NCBI GenBank assembly: GCA_036679605.1
Contig: JAZDCZ010000289.1
Span: forward strand, 64,001-128,000
DNA from: Gemmatimonadota bacterium
GTDB lineage: Bacteria; Gemmatimonadota; Gemmatimonadetes; Gemmatimonadales; GWC2-71-9
DNA: 64,000 nucleotides
Direction: 5' to 3'
Position numbers and translations under genes: made by a program. The notes under the pieces are model-generated. The model had not been told where the DNA came from. It saw only the letters and a list, made by a program, of their open reading frames with translations, and made no database searches. Each line of letters begins with the position of its first letter. Position 1 is the stretch's first letter. Shown here one piece after another: positions 50,646 to 61,361 of the stretch.

Positions 50646-51851
50646 CTAGAATGCCTCTACTATGACCGCTGCGCCCTGTCCTCCCCCAATGCAAGCAGAA
50701 CCGAGACCGAATCGCTTGTTTGCCCGCCGTAGTGCGTGCAGTAAGTGGATGGTGATTCTCGTCCCGCTTGCGGCGAGCGGGTGCCCAATGGCAATGGCTC
50801 CTCCATGGACGTTCGTACGTTCACGATCTAGGCCCAATTCCTTTTCGACCGCGACGTACTGCGGCGCAAACGCCTCGTTGACCTCTATCAAATCCAAGTC
50901 CTCGATCGTCATCCCAGCAGTTTCGAGAGCCTTGCGGGCTGCCGGTGCAGGTCCGAGTCCCATGTACTTCGGTTCGACCCCCGCGATTGCCCAGGCAACG
51001 AGACGTCCCAAAGGAGCGATGTTGTGCTCTGTCGCGAATTCCTCGCTCGCTATTATGGTAGCTGCTGCTCCATCGCAGATTCCGGACGCGTTGCCTGCCG
51101 TGACTAGGCCATCCTTCTTGAAGTAAGGTTTGAGCGATTGCAGTCCGTCCAGCGTCGTTTCGGGCCTCATGTGCTCGTCTGCACCCCAATCAACCATCTG
51201 TCGCGTCTTGCGGTCCTTAATCTGGACCGGCACGATTTCGTTCTCAAATACGCCCTCGTCCCATGCCCGTTTGGCGCGACGCTGGCTGGTGACTGCGTAC
51301 TGATCCACTTCTTCCCTCGTGATTTCATATTTCTCTGCCAGATTCTCCGCCGTTTCGGCCATCGAAAAGCCGCACTGCGGATCAGTCAGGGCCTCCCACA
51401 GACTGTCCTCGAACTGAGCCGCCGGTCCGAGTCGCAGTCCCCAGCGAGCGCCGCGGACCACGTGGGGCGCTTGGCTCATCGACTCGGTTCCGCCCGCTAG
51501 AACTACGCTCGCTTCATCCAATAGGATTTGGCGGGCACCTTGAATTATCGATTCGAAGCCCGAGCCGCAAAGACGGTTCACTGTCACTGCTGGAGTTTCG
51601 ATCGGCAGTCCTGCGTTCAGGCCGACATGACGTGCCAGATAGATAGCGTCGGCAGACGTCTGCTGAGCGTTCCCAAACACCACATGATTTACTTGTGCGG
51701 CCTCCACGCCGGCTCGTTCCACAGCGTGTCGGGCCGCGACGACTCCGAGCTGAGTCGCCGAAAAGTCCTTGAGTGTGCCACCGAATTTGCCGAAGCCGGT
51801 GCGCACACCGGACAGAAATACAATGTCTTTATTCTTACCCTGGGTCTTCAT
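50646..51851 (-). CDS. Acetyl-CoA C-acyltransferase (thiolase)
   Basis: NRLCGSG, NEAFA, GHPLAASG, CIGGGQG. Confidence 0.95.
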   Translation of the reverse strand: MKTQGKNKDIVFLSGVRTGFGKFGGTLKDFSATQLGVVAARHAVERAGVEAAQVNHVVFGNAQQTSADAIYLARHVGLNAGLPIETPAVTVNRLCGSGFESIIQGARQILLDEASVVLAGGTESMSQAPHVVRGARWGLRLGPAAQFEDSLWEALTDPQCGFSMAETAENLAEKYEITREEVDQYAVTSQRRAKRAWDEGVFENEIVPVQIKDRKTRQMVDWGADEHMRPETTLDGLQSLKPYFKKDGLVTAGNASGICDGAAATIIASEEFATEHNIAPLGRLVAWAIAGVEPKYMGLGPAPAARKALETAGMTIEDLDLIEVNEAFAPQYVAVEKELGLDRERTNVHGGAIAIGHPLAASGTRITIHLLHALRRANKRFGLGSACIGGGQGAAVIVEAF

Positions 51852-51933
51852 GGGATGGTTCTCCACAATCAGTTAAAAAATATTGGCATAGCAATATCAC
51901 TGATTGGAGAATGTAGGGGCAACTCCCCGGTCT

Positions 51934-53016
51934 CTAGTTTTCTCGGGCGTGTGCCGCGATCCAGTCGGCTACCTCAGATGTCGAGGCGCTCCCACCCAGG
52001 TCGGGTGTCGTCATTCCAACCGAGAGAGCCTCTCGCACGGCAGAATCCAGAGCCCTTGCCGAGCTGTGGTGTCCCAACTCAGCCATCATCAATCCGCCCG
52101 TCAAGATTGCCGCCATGGGGTTTGCCATGCCTTTGCCGGATAGGTCCGGTGCGGATCCATGCACGGGCTCAAAAAGTCCTGCACGTCCGGGGTGAAGATT
52201 GGCGCTTGCGGCCAGACCCAACCCGCCGACCAACTCGGCACCGAGATCCGACAGGATATCCCCCAGCAGATTGTTGGTCACGATCACTTCGAACCGTTCG
52301 GGTTCCCGCACCATTTCCATGGCTAAGGCGTCCACATAACGGTGCTCACCATCGATGCCCGGATAGTCATCACCAATTTCATCAAACAAGCGCTGCCATA
52401 GCTTATGAGCAGGCACTACATTCGACTTGTCAGCCAAAGTGATGCGGTTCTTACCATTGGCCTCGGCCCACTCGAAGGCGGCGCGAATGATGCGCGACAC
52501 CTTGGGATAGGTGTGGACCTCTTCAGCTATGCGCTCCTCCTCAGGAGTCCCCTCGTTTCTTACGCTGCCGCGTCCCAAGTACAGTCCCTCCGTGTTCTCG
52601 CGGAAGATCGCGAAGTCGATAGTGCGCTGAAGAGTCTGAGAGTTTGATTTGAGAGGGCATAGATCCGGGTGCAGCAAGACACACGGCCTAAAGTTCACGT
52701 ACAAGTCGAGCTTGAAGCGGAGGCCCAAAAGGATATCGCGGGCGTGCTCGTTTCCGGGAACGCGCGGATCCCCCAGAGCGCCGAGAAACACGGCGTCTGC
52801 ACAATCTCGGATCTCTCTGAACGCCTGGTCCGGCAGCGTTTCGCCAGTAGACAGGAAATGGTCGGCACCGTACGGCAACTGCTTCCATTCGACTTGGACA
52901 CCCGCCGCGTTTGCTGCTGCATCGATAGCGGGAAGGGCAGCGGCCACAACCTCAGGTCCGATCCCGTCGCCCGCGATCACAGCAATGGACACTTTACTGG
53001 GCGGCGGTTTATCCAC
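51934..53016 (-). CDS. Isocitrate/3-isopropylmalate dehydrogenase family protein
   Basis: GDGIGPEV, RENTEG, GDILSD, FEPVHGSAPD. Confidence 0.9.
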   Translation of the reverse strand: MDKPPPSKVSIAVIAGDGIGPEVVAAALPAIDAAANAAGVQVEWKQLPYGADHFLSTGETLPDQAFREIRDCADAVFLGALGDPRVPGNEHARDILLGLRFKLDLYVNFRPCVLLHPDLCPLKSNSQTLQRTIDFAIFRENTEGLYLGRGSVRNEGTPEEERIAEEVHTYPKVSRIIRAAFEWAEANGKNRITLADKSNVVPAHKLWQRLFDEIGDDYPGIDGEHRYVDALAMEMVREPERFEVIVTNNLLGDILSDLGAELVGGLGLAASANLHPGRAGLFEPVHGSAPDLSGKGMANPMAAILTGGLMMAELGHHSSARALDSAVREALSVGMTTPDLGGSASTSEVADWIAAHAREN

Positions 53017-53668
53017 TTATGCTTGTATTGCCACAGGTGATGCAAAATTTCCAGTTGGGTTCGATTTCGCTGCCACACTCGGGGCATTCTACTGGCCTGA
53101 CCCGCGTGCCGCAGAAGGGGCAGAAGATCAGTTGCGGTTTAGCGGGAAGTTCCTCTCTACAGTGAGGGCAGACACTTGCCTTATCGATGGAAGGTCGGAT
53201 CGATGGCCTCGGTGCGGTCTCCACGGCAATGGGTTCGAATACCGGTTCCTTAGATCGTTCCTCCACTCTAAGCTCTTCATCCTCCTGTTCCTCCGGTGTT
53301 GACGGAGGAGCGTAAGCCTCGTCGGATTGAGCGACTGCCTGCACGGCAGATTGGTTCAGGCGAACGCGAGCCGCCGCGAATTCACGAAATGCTGCCGGGT
53401 TGGGATTCACTGACTGCGCTTCCTCAAGGAGAGCCTGCTGCACTTCGATGGGTTCGACGGAGGCGTATCCTGCCTCACCCGCGAGAAGACGAAGTACAGC
53501 CATCTCATAATCTTGACTCGCGTCGAACCGGAGCGCCTTCTTGTACTTACGATAGGGTATGATGCTCTGGTAGAGTTCAGACACTTCGAACGTGTGCATC
53601 GGTTGCTCAGGCTCCTGTGCCCTCAGTACATCGACCAATCCGCGAAACAATCTTTCTAGGTCGTCCAT
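53009..53668 (-). CDS. Protein with a C-terminal double zinc ribbon
   Basis: CPHC, CPFC, CPEC, CITC. Confidence 0.8.
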   Translation of the reverse strand: MDDLERLFRGLVDVLRAQEPEQPMHTFEVSELYQSIIPYRKYKKALRFDASQDYEMAVLRLLAGEAGYASVEPIEVQQALLEEAQSVNPNPAAFREFAAARVRLNQSAVQAVAQSDEAYAPPSTPEEQEDEELRVEERSKEPVFEPIAVETAPRPSIRPSIDKASVCPHCREELPAKPQLIFCPFCGTRVRPVECPECGSEIEPNWKFCITCGNTSISG

Positions 53669-53678
53669 GGATCTCCAT

Positions 53679-54179
53679 TCACCGCCATTCAGAAGCCCAC
53701 CTGTCGTATAGGACAGGTGTCACCTCTGCGGAAGCCAGCAACTCGATGCCGCTAGGATCACGATAGGCCCGGCGATAGAAGACATGAGTAGTCCCCGAAT
53801 TGATCATTAGCTTGGCGCACATGATGCAAGGGCTTGCCGTTACGAATACGACCTTATTACGCATGTCGCCGGGTGCTTTAACAAGAGCGTTTACTTCTGA
53901 GTGAATGCAACCGCACGAGCCGGGGACGATCGAATCACACTTGTTGGGAAGGCCGCGTGCGTTCCCATTGTATCCGATTGCGACAACATTTTCCAGAGAC
54001 GCGTCTGTCACGACCGTTCCCACTTGTAATCGGGCACAAGTCGATCGCTTGGCTAGTTCTTCGGCCATGCGCATGTAGACCTCGTACAACGGGATTCGAT
54101 CTACCTCATACTGGCTACCATCTGTCAACAGATTCAGATGGTGTGTGTTGTCGTGTACTCCGTCTTTGAATCCCATCAT
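53679..54179 (-). CDS. dCMP deaminase family protein
   Basis: RSTC, GYNG, HSE, PCIMC. Confidence 0.9.
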   Translation of the reverse strand: MMGFKDGVHDNTHHLNLLTDGSQYEVDRIPLYEVYMRMAEELAKRSTCARLQVGTVVTDASLENVVAIGYNGNARGLPNKCDSIVPGSCGCIHSEVNALVKAPGDMRNKVVFVTASPCIMCAKLMINSGTTHVFYRRAYRDPSGIELLASAEVTPVLYDRWASEWR

Positions 54180-54790
54180 TTGGTCCTTGGCAGCTCTACT
54201 TCCATGTTGACTAGGTCCATCTCGGTGTCGTAGTCTGCGAACTGCCCCTTGCTACGCTTTACTTGGAGCCATTCGTCAAAACCGGATGGCATCATCGCCT
54301 CGGACGTGATCTGACTTTCAGCTGCATGAATGGCGAGATCGTTAACGTATTCGTTTTTTGGATGGTCAGCATGTCCACGCACCCATCTCCAAGTAACTTG
54401 GAAAAGTGCGCGTGTCCGTTCTAGCGTCTGCCAGAGTTCTAGATTCTCTATTTTTCCACCCTTACGCTTCCAGCCACGAGCTTGCCAGCTGAGAACCCAC
54501 TCGTTCATTCCCTTGATGAGGTACTGAGAATCAGAGACAAACAATATCGAGCGCGCACTATCAACCTCCAGTGCCGACAACGTGGCTATCGCCCCAGCCA
54601 GAGCCATCCGATTGTTGGTTGTGTCCGGAGACGAAATGTAGAGATCCTCGCGAACGACCGACTCACCTGACCATCGCTCGATCAAGGAAGCTGCCCCTCC
54701 TGGATTCTTGCCTTCCCGGCCATTGCCAAGGCAACTTTCGTCTGCGTAGACGACCGCTACACTTGGGTCTAGTTTGGACATCGCGATCAA
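54176..54790 (-). CDS. rnhA: Ribonuclease HI
   Basis: YADESCLGN, TTNNRM, SDSQY, WVRGH, NEYVNDLA. Confidence 0.92.
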   Translation of the reverse strand: MIAMSKLDPSVAVVYADESCLGNGREGKNPGGAASLIERWSGESVVREDLYISSPDTTNNRMALAGAIATLSALEVDSARSILFVSDSQYLIKGMNEWVLSWQARGWKRKGGKIENLELWQTLERTRALFQVTWRWVRGHADHPKNEYVNDLAIHAAESQITSEAMMPSGFDEWLQVKRSKGQFADYDTEMDLVNMEVELPRTK

Positions 54791-54916
54791 TTCCGTCGTT
54801 GGTATCCGAGACTATTCTGCCTGTGAGTTATAGGATACTTGGTGGGATTGGGTCTGGGTACTGTAGTGGGATAAACTGTGATGTGGCTTTGGGTGTGTAT
54901 CGTGCCACGGGCCGCG

Positions 54917-55876
54917 TCAGTGTGGTTGCGCTGTGGTGGACGATCCGAGCCGCCACCCGCCTGACCGCCTAGGGTTATCGCTTACAAGCGAGAGTGCTCG
55001 TAGTCCAATAAGTGCTCTGGTCTCGCTTTCCTCTTGGTCAAACGCCCCACTGTCATGCTGTATCTCCGTCAACAGGCGGACAGCGTTGCTCATGGCTTCG
55101 CGAACCGTCGGGCTTGGAATAGAGAGCAGCATATCAAACATGTGGAAGATGTTTGTGTTCCGGATTTCACCGGTCGGCTGCTGTAGCTCCAGGATCCGCG
55201 AAACGTATTCGTCTAGCTTGGCGCGGTATTCGAGTGGAGCCACCGCGAGCGCTCCAAGGATAAAGAGAAACAAGTCGGGTGACAGATCATGAGACCGCGC
55301 GTTCCAGGGCTCGGCGATCGCAAGTAGACTTTCCACATGTTGCCGCACCGCCTTACGGTGCCCCTCGCCTGCTCGGAGCACCACCCTGAGAGTGAAACAG
55401 CTCGCAGCAAGTCGTGCAGATTCTTCTCCTTCGATTTCAACTCCGGAAGGAAATCTCAAGGGAGCCAGGTTCTCATCTCTCGTCGCAGCCGAGAAGAAGC
55501 CACTGGTGGAGTGACAGCACTCACCTTTGTCGTGACGCTGCGGTGTGCATCCCTCAAAGGCATGGCCTGGTTTGTCCTGTTGAGCCAGCAGATAGCCCAA
55601 CATGCGAATGACACCGCAGTTGTCTCCCCGGCACCCCAGTTCCAGCAGTTCCCATGCGGTCCATGCCGTACTCATTAGCGACCCGTCTACGCTGCCGTCC
55701 ATGCGAGTACGCAAACGCCGCTCCCTGATCAGGTGTCCAGTTAGCTGCCGGTCCTGAGGGTGGGGCCGATCCATGAGTCGAGCGAGGGCGCCTTCTTTGG
55801 TTTTGCGTCCCTCAAAAAATGCATTGACTCTGGTGAGTGCTAGATCGAGGTCCGGGGCATGTTCTGTTGCGTTCAT
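54917..55876 (-). CDS. Hypothetical protein with QW-like (prenyltransferase toroid-like) repeats
   Basis: LQQPTG, IQHDSGAF, MDGSV motifs. Confidence 0.7.
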   Translation of the reverse strand: MNATEHAPDLDLALTRVNAFFEGRKTKEGALARLMDRPHPQDRQLTGHLIRERRLRTRMDGSVDGSLMSTAWTAWELLELGCRGDNCGVIRMLGYLLAQQDKPGHAFEGCTPQRHDKGECCHSTSGFFSAATRDENLAPLRFPSGVEIEGEESARLAASCFTLRVVLRAGEGHRKAVRQHVESLLAIAEPWNARSHDLSPDLFLFILGALAVAPLEYRAKLDEYVSRILELQQPTGEIRNTNIFHMFDMLLSIPSPTVREAMSNAVRLLTEIQHDSGAFDQEESETRALIGLRALSLVSDNPRRSGGWRLGSSTTAQPH

Positions 55877-56181
55877 CGCGAAGACCCCTCAGAAGGAGGA
55901 GAAGCACACCAGCGGTCTCTCGGGTCCCCCGGTCGCTCCGAGACAAACGGTCGCTGATAGAAACTCTACCTATTAAAGATGGCGCAATGGTCCCCAGGTT
56001 GGCTAGTCCACCGCACTTCCGGCTCCTCAAGCGGTACGGGGCCGTGGAACGCCGACCCGGATACGCAAGCGATTCCAAACCCTATGTCAGAACGAGTGTT
56101 TTGGTGATCCATTACCTTGACACCAAAGCCAATCCGGCCTTACGTTTGCGTTCTTATGTCTTGTTATTCTAGGTAGTTAGA

Positions 56182-58440
56182 ATGGGGCACTTATTGAAGT
56201 TTGTCAGGCTGGACGTAGGCCGGTCACGGTTGTCCGTCGCTATGGGTGTGGCCTTGCTGCTGTCGGCCGCGCCAGGGTTGGCCTCTGCCCAGAAGGTGGT
56301 GGAGATCCAACTGTTTCCTGGCACGCTGACTCTCGGGCTGGGAGTGAGCGGACAGCTTCTGGCGTCGGCCTTCGATCAGCGTGGTGACAACCTTTCCGAT
56401 GCCACGTTCACATGGTCCAGTAGCGATCCCTCGGTGGCAAGAGTCGAAGAAGATCGCAGCATGGCCGGAATGGTGAATGTAGTGCCCGTCTCTCTGGGCA
56501 TTGTTACCATCGAAGTTCGGGCAGGAGATCAGAGGACTTCGGCGACGGTCCAAGTAGTGGGGGCCGATGAGCTTGCTGGGCCGGGAGCCGGAGTGGGCGT
56601 AGCGACGATTCTCCAAGTCTCTCCCAATCTGATTTTCCTCCTTCCATTGGAGGATGTACGAGTCCAGCCGCGGTTTCTGACAGACGACGGTACAGTCGCC
56701 GCGCCTGTGCAGGTCACCTGGCGATCGCTGCGAGAGGACGTGGCGAGCATTACGCCTGACGGAGTTGTGGTGGGTGTATCCCCGGGTCAGGGTGGTATCG
56801 AGGTGACTGCGAGCGGTTTGCCCACCGCGCGGGCGACAGTGCGGGTCACGCAAAGCGCATTCGGCTTCGCAACTCCGGTTCTGGCACTCTCTCCCGGCGA
56901 CGTGGACACAGTAGATGTGATTGTCCCGGAGCAGGATAGCCGGCCGCTGTCGCCACGAGGCCTCGCATGGCGCTCGACAGACATTTCGGTGGTGACGGTT
57001 TCCCCCGTAGGCGTCGCGGCGGCAGTCAAGGCGGGTAGGGCGGAGATCGTCGCTTCGGGCTTCGGACAGGAAAACCGACTGTCAGTAACCGTTCACCGCC
57101 CGGTCGAGTTTTTGGATGTGTTGCCACGGCCCGACAAGGGTCCGGTTGCAGTCCCTCTGGGCGGAACGCGCACCTTCAAGGCCACGGCACTGGCTGAGGA
57201 CGAGACTCCTGTGCCGGAGGCGCCTCTCACGTGGGGTCACCCCGATACCGCGATTGCTACCTTCGATCCCGCAACCGGTGCTTTGACCGGTAAGGCTATC
57301 GGTCACACGAAGCTCACTGTGAAGCCGCCGGGAGAGGGACTCGATGTCGAGTGGGAGATCGACATAATTGCCGGAGGGCTTGCCTTGGATGCCAACGTGA
57401 TCGGCATCGTTAAGGGCAACCAACGGCAGCTCGGCGCCTCATTTACAGACGAGGCGGGTACTCTCGTGAGCGAGGCAACGAGCGTCACCTGGACATCGAG
57501 TGATACGTCAGTAATTACAGTTGACCAACAGGGTAATGTGTCCACGGTGGGATTTGGGACGGCCACAATTGAAGCGGCGACTCCATGGGGTTCGGCGGAC
57601 ACGGCTGTGTTCTACGTGCAGGGCGATGTCTTGTTTACTTCGACTCGTGGGGGGAACGCCGACCTCTACACCTTGAACCACGACGATGCGACTCAGATCC
57701 ATCGTGTTACGGACCTGCCCGGCTTTGAATTGAACGCGGTCTTTTCCCCTGATGGTTCCAAGATCGCTTATGTCTCCGATCAAGGTGGCAATCTCGATAT
57801 CTACGTCATCGACGCTGGTGGATCGAACCCCTTACGGCTGACTCAAACCATGGCGCTGGAGGGATCGTTCGATTGGACACCGGACGGTCAGCGTATCGTC
57901 TACGAATCAGACGCCGCTGGTTCAGTGCAGCTGTGGATCATGAACGCCGACGGGTCGGAACAAACTCAGCTCACCAGCGGAATAACACCGAATTTGCAGC
58001 CCGCTGTTTCTCCAAATGGTGAAACGATCGCTTTTGTAACGAACAGGGACGGCAACTTCGAGATCTACCTGATGGACATTGATGGTACGAATCAGCGAAA
58101 CCTTACTTTGTCTCCGAACAGCGAGATCGTGCCGGCGTGGATTGGAGATTCTGCGTTTGCCTATGTCTCTGAGGAACGCAGGGGCGGGCCGGAAAGCAGA
58201 GTAATAATTCGCATGAACATGACGCGACAAACGGCAAACATGACCCCCAAGGGACTTCAGGTTACCGATTTTGCAGTTTCGGCAGATGGTAAATTGTTGG
58301 CGGTCACGGTAGCCGCCCAGGGCCCGGCCGGCACGCAGAACCGTTTGTATCTGATTCCAACGGTCGCAGGAGCTAACCCTGTGGAGGTACCGCGTGAGGG
58401 CAACGGAGATCAGTTGGTTACACCGTCGTTTCGTCGCTGA
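56182..58440 (+). CDS. Secreted protein with multiple Ig-like (Big_2) domains and a TolB-like PD40 propeller
   Basis: Repeated W-S/T-SSD.SV motifs, FSPDGSKIAY, WTPDGQRI. Confidence 0.85.
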   Translation: MGHLLKFVRLDVGRSRLSVAMGVALLLSAAPGLASAQKVVEIQLFPGTLTLGLGVSGQLLASAFDQRGDNLSDATFTWSSSDPSVARVEEDRSMAGMVNVVPVSLGIVTIEVRAGDQRTSATVQVVGADELAGPGAGVGVATILQVSPNLIFLLPLEDVRVQPRFLTDDGTVAAPVQVTWRSLREDVASITPDGVVVGVSPGQGGIEVTASGLPTARATVRVTQSAFGFATPVLALSPGDVDTVDVIVPEQDSRPLSPRGLAWRSTDISVVTVSPVGVAAAVKAGRAEIVASGFGQENRLSVTVHRPVEFLDVLPRPDKGPVAVPLGGTRTFKATALAEDETPVPEAPLTWGHPDTAIATFDPATGALTGKAIGHTKLTVKPPGEGLDVEWEIDIIAGGLALDANVIGIVKGNQRQLGASFTDEAGTLVSEATSVTWTSSDTSVITVDQQGNVSTVGFGTATIEAATPWGSADTAVFYVQGDVLFTSTRGGNADLYTLNHDDATQIHRVTDLPGFELNAVFSPDGSKIAYVSDQGGNLDIYVIDAGGSNPLRLTQTMALEGSFDWTPDGQRIVYESDAAGSVQLWIMNADGSEQTQLTSGITPNLQPAVSPNGETIAFVTNRDGNFEIYLMDIDGTNQRNLTLSPNSEIVPAWIGDSAFAYVSEERRGGPESRVIIRMNMTRQTANMTPKGLQVTDFAVSADGKLLAVTVAAQGPAGTQNRLYLIPTVAGANPVEVPREGNGDQLVTPSFRR

Positions 58441-58494
58441 CGGTTCCACCGCTGCATTTCTTTTGTCGGCCCTAACACGTATCACAGTTAAGCG

Positions 58495-59544
58495 ATGAAA
58501 GCTCTCGTCATGAGGGGGCACGGTGATTTCTCGCAACTCGAGATTGCCGACGCTCCCAAACCATCCGTGTCACACAACCGCGATGTCAGAATCAACCTCG
58601 TCGCGTCTGCGTTGAACCATCTGGATCTCTGGACGCTGCGCGGGCTTCCCGGATTAGATCTACCGTTCCCTCACATTTTAGGTGGAGACGGTGCCGGAGT
58701 TGTAGACGAGATTGGCTCTGCAGTTAAGTCTGTGCAGCCCGGCGACCGAGTCATAATCAATCCCGGAATCTCGTGCTATCAGTGCGAGCAGTGTCTTCAG
58801 GGTGAACAGTCGCTGTGCGACACATATAGACTGCTCGGCGAGCACCTCCCTGGGACCCTCGCCGAGTATATCGTGGTCCCGGAGCACAACGTGGCGTTCA
58901 TACCGACGCCTCCCGCACCACACCCGGAGATCGGCTGGGCCGAGGCCGCAGCATTCTCGCTGGTCACGCTTACTGCATGGCGCATGCTCGTGAGCCGCGC
59001 GAAACTGCAGGCCGGAGAGTCGGTGTTCATATGGGGCGCGGGTGGAGGAGTGTCCAACACTGCCTTGAAGATCGCGAAGCTGCTGGGTGCGTTTGCCATT
59101 GTGACGTCGTCGAGTGACGAGAAACTCGAAGCGGCGCGGTCGCTTGGTGCGGACGCGACCTTTAATTATCGCAAGACCGACGTCGTGAAAGAGGTCCGCA
59201 AACTAACCAACAAGAGTGGCGTTGACGTCGTGGTGGAGAATGTGGGCGAGGATACGTGGGAGAATTCTGTACGAATGTTGGCTAAGGCCGGACGATTGAT
59301 CACATGCGGTGCGACGACGGGGCCAAAGGTAGTGACGGACGTGCGGCGACTGTTTTGGTATCAGTTTTCGGTTTTGGGTTCCACGATGGGCAATGCCAGG
59401 GAGTATCGCGAAATCGTACGACTTTTAGGGCAAGGGCATCTTAGGCCGACCGTGGATTCGACATTTCAACTAGCCGATGGGGTTGCTGCGTTCGAGCGTT
59501 TGCAGGCCGGAACGCAGATGGGAAAGGTCGTAGTAGAGATCTGA
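58495..59544 (+). CDS. Zinc-binding dehydrogenase (MDR family)
   Basis: LNHLD, CYQCEQC..C, CGATTG, GSTMG. Confidence 0.9.
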   Translation: MKALVMRGHGDFSQLEIADAPKPSVSHNRDVRINLVASALNHLDLWTLRGLPGLDLPFPHILGGDGAGVVDEIGSAVKSVQPGDRVIINPGISCYQCEQCLQGEQSLCDTYRLLGEHLPGTLAEYIVVPEHNVAFIPTPPAPHPEIGWAEAAAFSLVTLTAWRMLVSRAKLQAGESVFIWGAGGGVSNTALKIAKLLGAFAIVTSSSDEKLEAARSLGADATFNYRKTDVVKEVRKLTNKSGVDVVVENVGEDTWENSVRMLAKAGRLITCGATTGPKVVTDVRRLFWYQFSVLGSTMGNAREYREIVRLLGQGHLRPTVDSTFQLADGVAAFERLQAGTQMGKVVVEI

Positions 59545-59549
59545 AGAAC

Positions 59550-59575
59550 AAAAAAGCCCCGGCAGTGCCGGGGCT
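59550..59575 (-). terminator. Rho-independent terminator (U-tail on the minus strand)
   Basis: AAAAA followed by AGCCCCGGC-AGT-GCCGGGGCT. Confidence 0.8.
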
Positions 59576-59611
59576 ATCTATCTGAAAACAGGAGTACTCC
59601 GAAGCGGTTTA

Positions 59612-59830
59612 TCACCGGCCGCGACATAAGTAGAGTGTCTCCTGGCTGTGTCCGAACCGCGGGGTACGCTCGGGGCGACACACGGTTCCGATAGTATTTC
59701 CCGTTTCGTCGACAATCTCGAACATGGTGTTCCGACGCTCCGTAAGGCACCCGTCCTCACTGGCCACTTTCTTATCTTGACGTGCCATTATCAACCTCTT
59801 CTCGACTAGTTCATCTCGCGTCAACATCAT
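59612..59830 (-). CDS. Small hypothetical protein
   Basis: GAGGGG RBS and its own terminator. Confidence 0.55.
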   Translation of the reverse strand: MMLTRDELVEKRLIMARQDKKVASEDGCLTERRNTMFEIVDETGNTIGTVCRPERTPRFGHSQETLYLCRGR

Positions 59831-59915
59831 GATCTACACCCCTCGCATCTTCGATTCTACACTTGCTCTTCTCTATGTTATTAGATGCGTGGAGTACGAG
59901 AATGGTTGCAGCAAC

Positions 59916-60368
59916 TCAACGGCGGTAGCGCTCCAGCCATTGGAGGTCGTCGGAATCCACATTGACGGCATAGAGCACTCCGTCGCCGAAACCCACCAAT
60001 CTCCGGTCGAGAACGCCGTCGGGGCCGAGGACGGTCATCCGCATGTTGCCGAAGTCCACTAGTAGAGTAGAGTCGTCGGGAAGCGGAAGCAGCGCTCCGG
60101 GAGTCCTGTATTCGCCGGGTCCCTGACCCACGTGGCCAATCTGCTCGACGATGTCGGCTGCAAAATCGACGAACCGGACGGCCTGTTCAAGCCGGTCCGA
60201 AACGATGAGTCGTCCGTCCGAGAGTTCTCGGAGGCCGGAGACGGAACTAAATGATTCGGAGAGTGAAGCGTCTGGCCTGTCGAGTACGACGCGCTCCACC
60301 TTCTGTGCTGACAGCGGACTGGATGCCAGTGATGCTGCAGCAAGACCAATCATGATAGTGCGCGGCAT
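59916..60368 (-). pseudogene. 6-bladed beta-propeller protein with a large in-frame internal deletion
   Basis: Family N-terminus (RELSDGR, GQGPGEY) is joined directly to the C-terminal blade (LYAV..D.DDLQWLERY) in only 150 aa. Confidence 0.55.
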
Positions 60369-60464
60369 GTCCTGCTCCTTTAGATGGTGCTCGTGCCTGC
60401 AAGCACACTAGATGTATCAGCGGATGAAACGGTCGCAGGCTGGGCTAGAAGTGGTGGCGGACGC

Positions 60465-61361
60465 TCAACCGGCTCTCGCGATGACGTTGCGAGCGATGGT
60501 CGACGGCACGCGGCAAGCCTCGGCGAAAGCTAGAAACACGAGGTCGAAGCTCTGGGCCGCGCGAACAGAACGACGGTTGATATGCAGCAGCCGATTGCGC
60601 AGTCGGCGAACCTGATAGCCGGCCGCCCCGAAATCGTTGGCGACGCTCGCGATGGGCCGGCCGCTGGAGTCGGCCGCCAATGCCAGGAACATCAGGGTGA
60701 TCCAGTCCATTATCGCCTTAGGTGATGGCAACCCGGCGCTCTCGAAGTCGCGTTGGATTGTCCGTTTGGGAACACGGAGTTCCGCGGATACCGATCGAAC
60801 CGAGGATAACCGCCGTTTCTCGAGATCGATTAGGCAAGCCAGTGTTTCGCGAATGTAATCCCTCGGGCGGCTCGGCAGATCGGTAATCAGCAGTTCGACG
60901 AGATAACACACCAACTCAGCGTGTCTCGCGGCCAGGAGCCAAGCAATGTTTTCCCGCACCCCGCGAATCTCGTCGCGACGAGTCGACTGGAGCATGACTT
61001 TTAGGCCGTCTCTGTCGCCACAGTGCTCCAGCAGAGTCGAGATGGTTGGGGTAGGCGGCGCATACAACAGTAGTGGCACGGTCCGATAGGCATGTCTCAG
61101 CGCCCGTACCAGCGGTACGACATCGTCGGTCCACGGGGCGAGATCGTAAATGATAGTCGTGAAGTCACTACCGGTCAGCGGAACCTTCGCAAGCCGGATG
61201 GGTGAGATATGCACGGGATTAGCTCCCATATCCACGGCCGCGTCATGCACGATGGCGGCGGCACTCGGATCGCTCACACATACGGCAGTCTGGGGTTCAG
61301 TCGATCGTGGTATCACCCGTGTCACTATCCCTTCTCGATCGGTCGGAGAACCGTCGTTCAA
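60465..61361 (-). CDS. AraC-like regulator (paralog of 5250-6050)
   Basis: VPLLLYAP, SVRSVSAELRVPKRTIQRDF..GLPSP. Confidence 0.75.
   Translation of the reverse strand: MNDGSPTDREGIVTRVIPRSTEPQTAVCVSDPSAAAIVHDAAVDMGANPVHISPIRLAKVPLTGSDFTTIIYDLAPWTDDVVPLVRALRHAYRTVPLLLYAPPTPTISTLLEHCGDRDGLKVMLQSTRRDEIRGVRENIAWLLAARHAELVCYLVELLITDLPSRPRDYIRETLACLIDLEKRRLSSVRSVSAELRVPKRTIQRDFESAGLPSPKAIMDWITLMFLALAADSSGRPIASVANDFGAAGYQVRRLRNRLLHINRRSVRAAQSFDLVFLAFAEACRVPSTIARNVIARAG

Noticed and set aside
55920..56075. Hairpin-rich leader between divergent genes, considered as a riboswitch
   Set aside because: Imperfect stems only, with no SAH, cobalamin, TPP or SRP consensus
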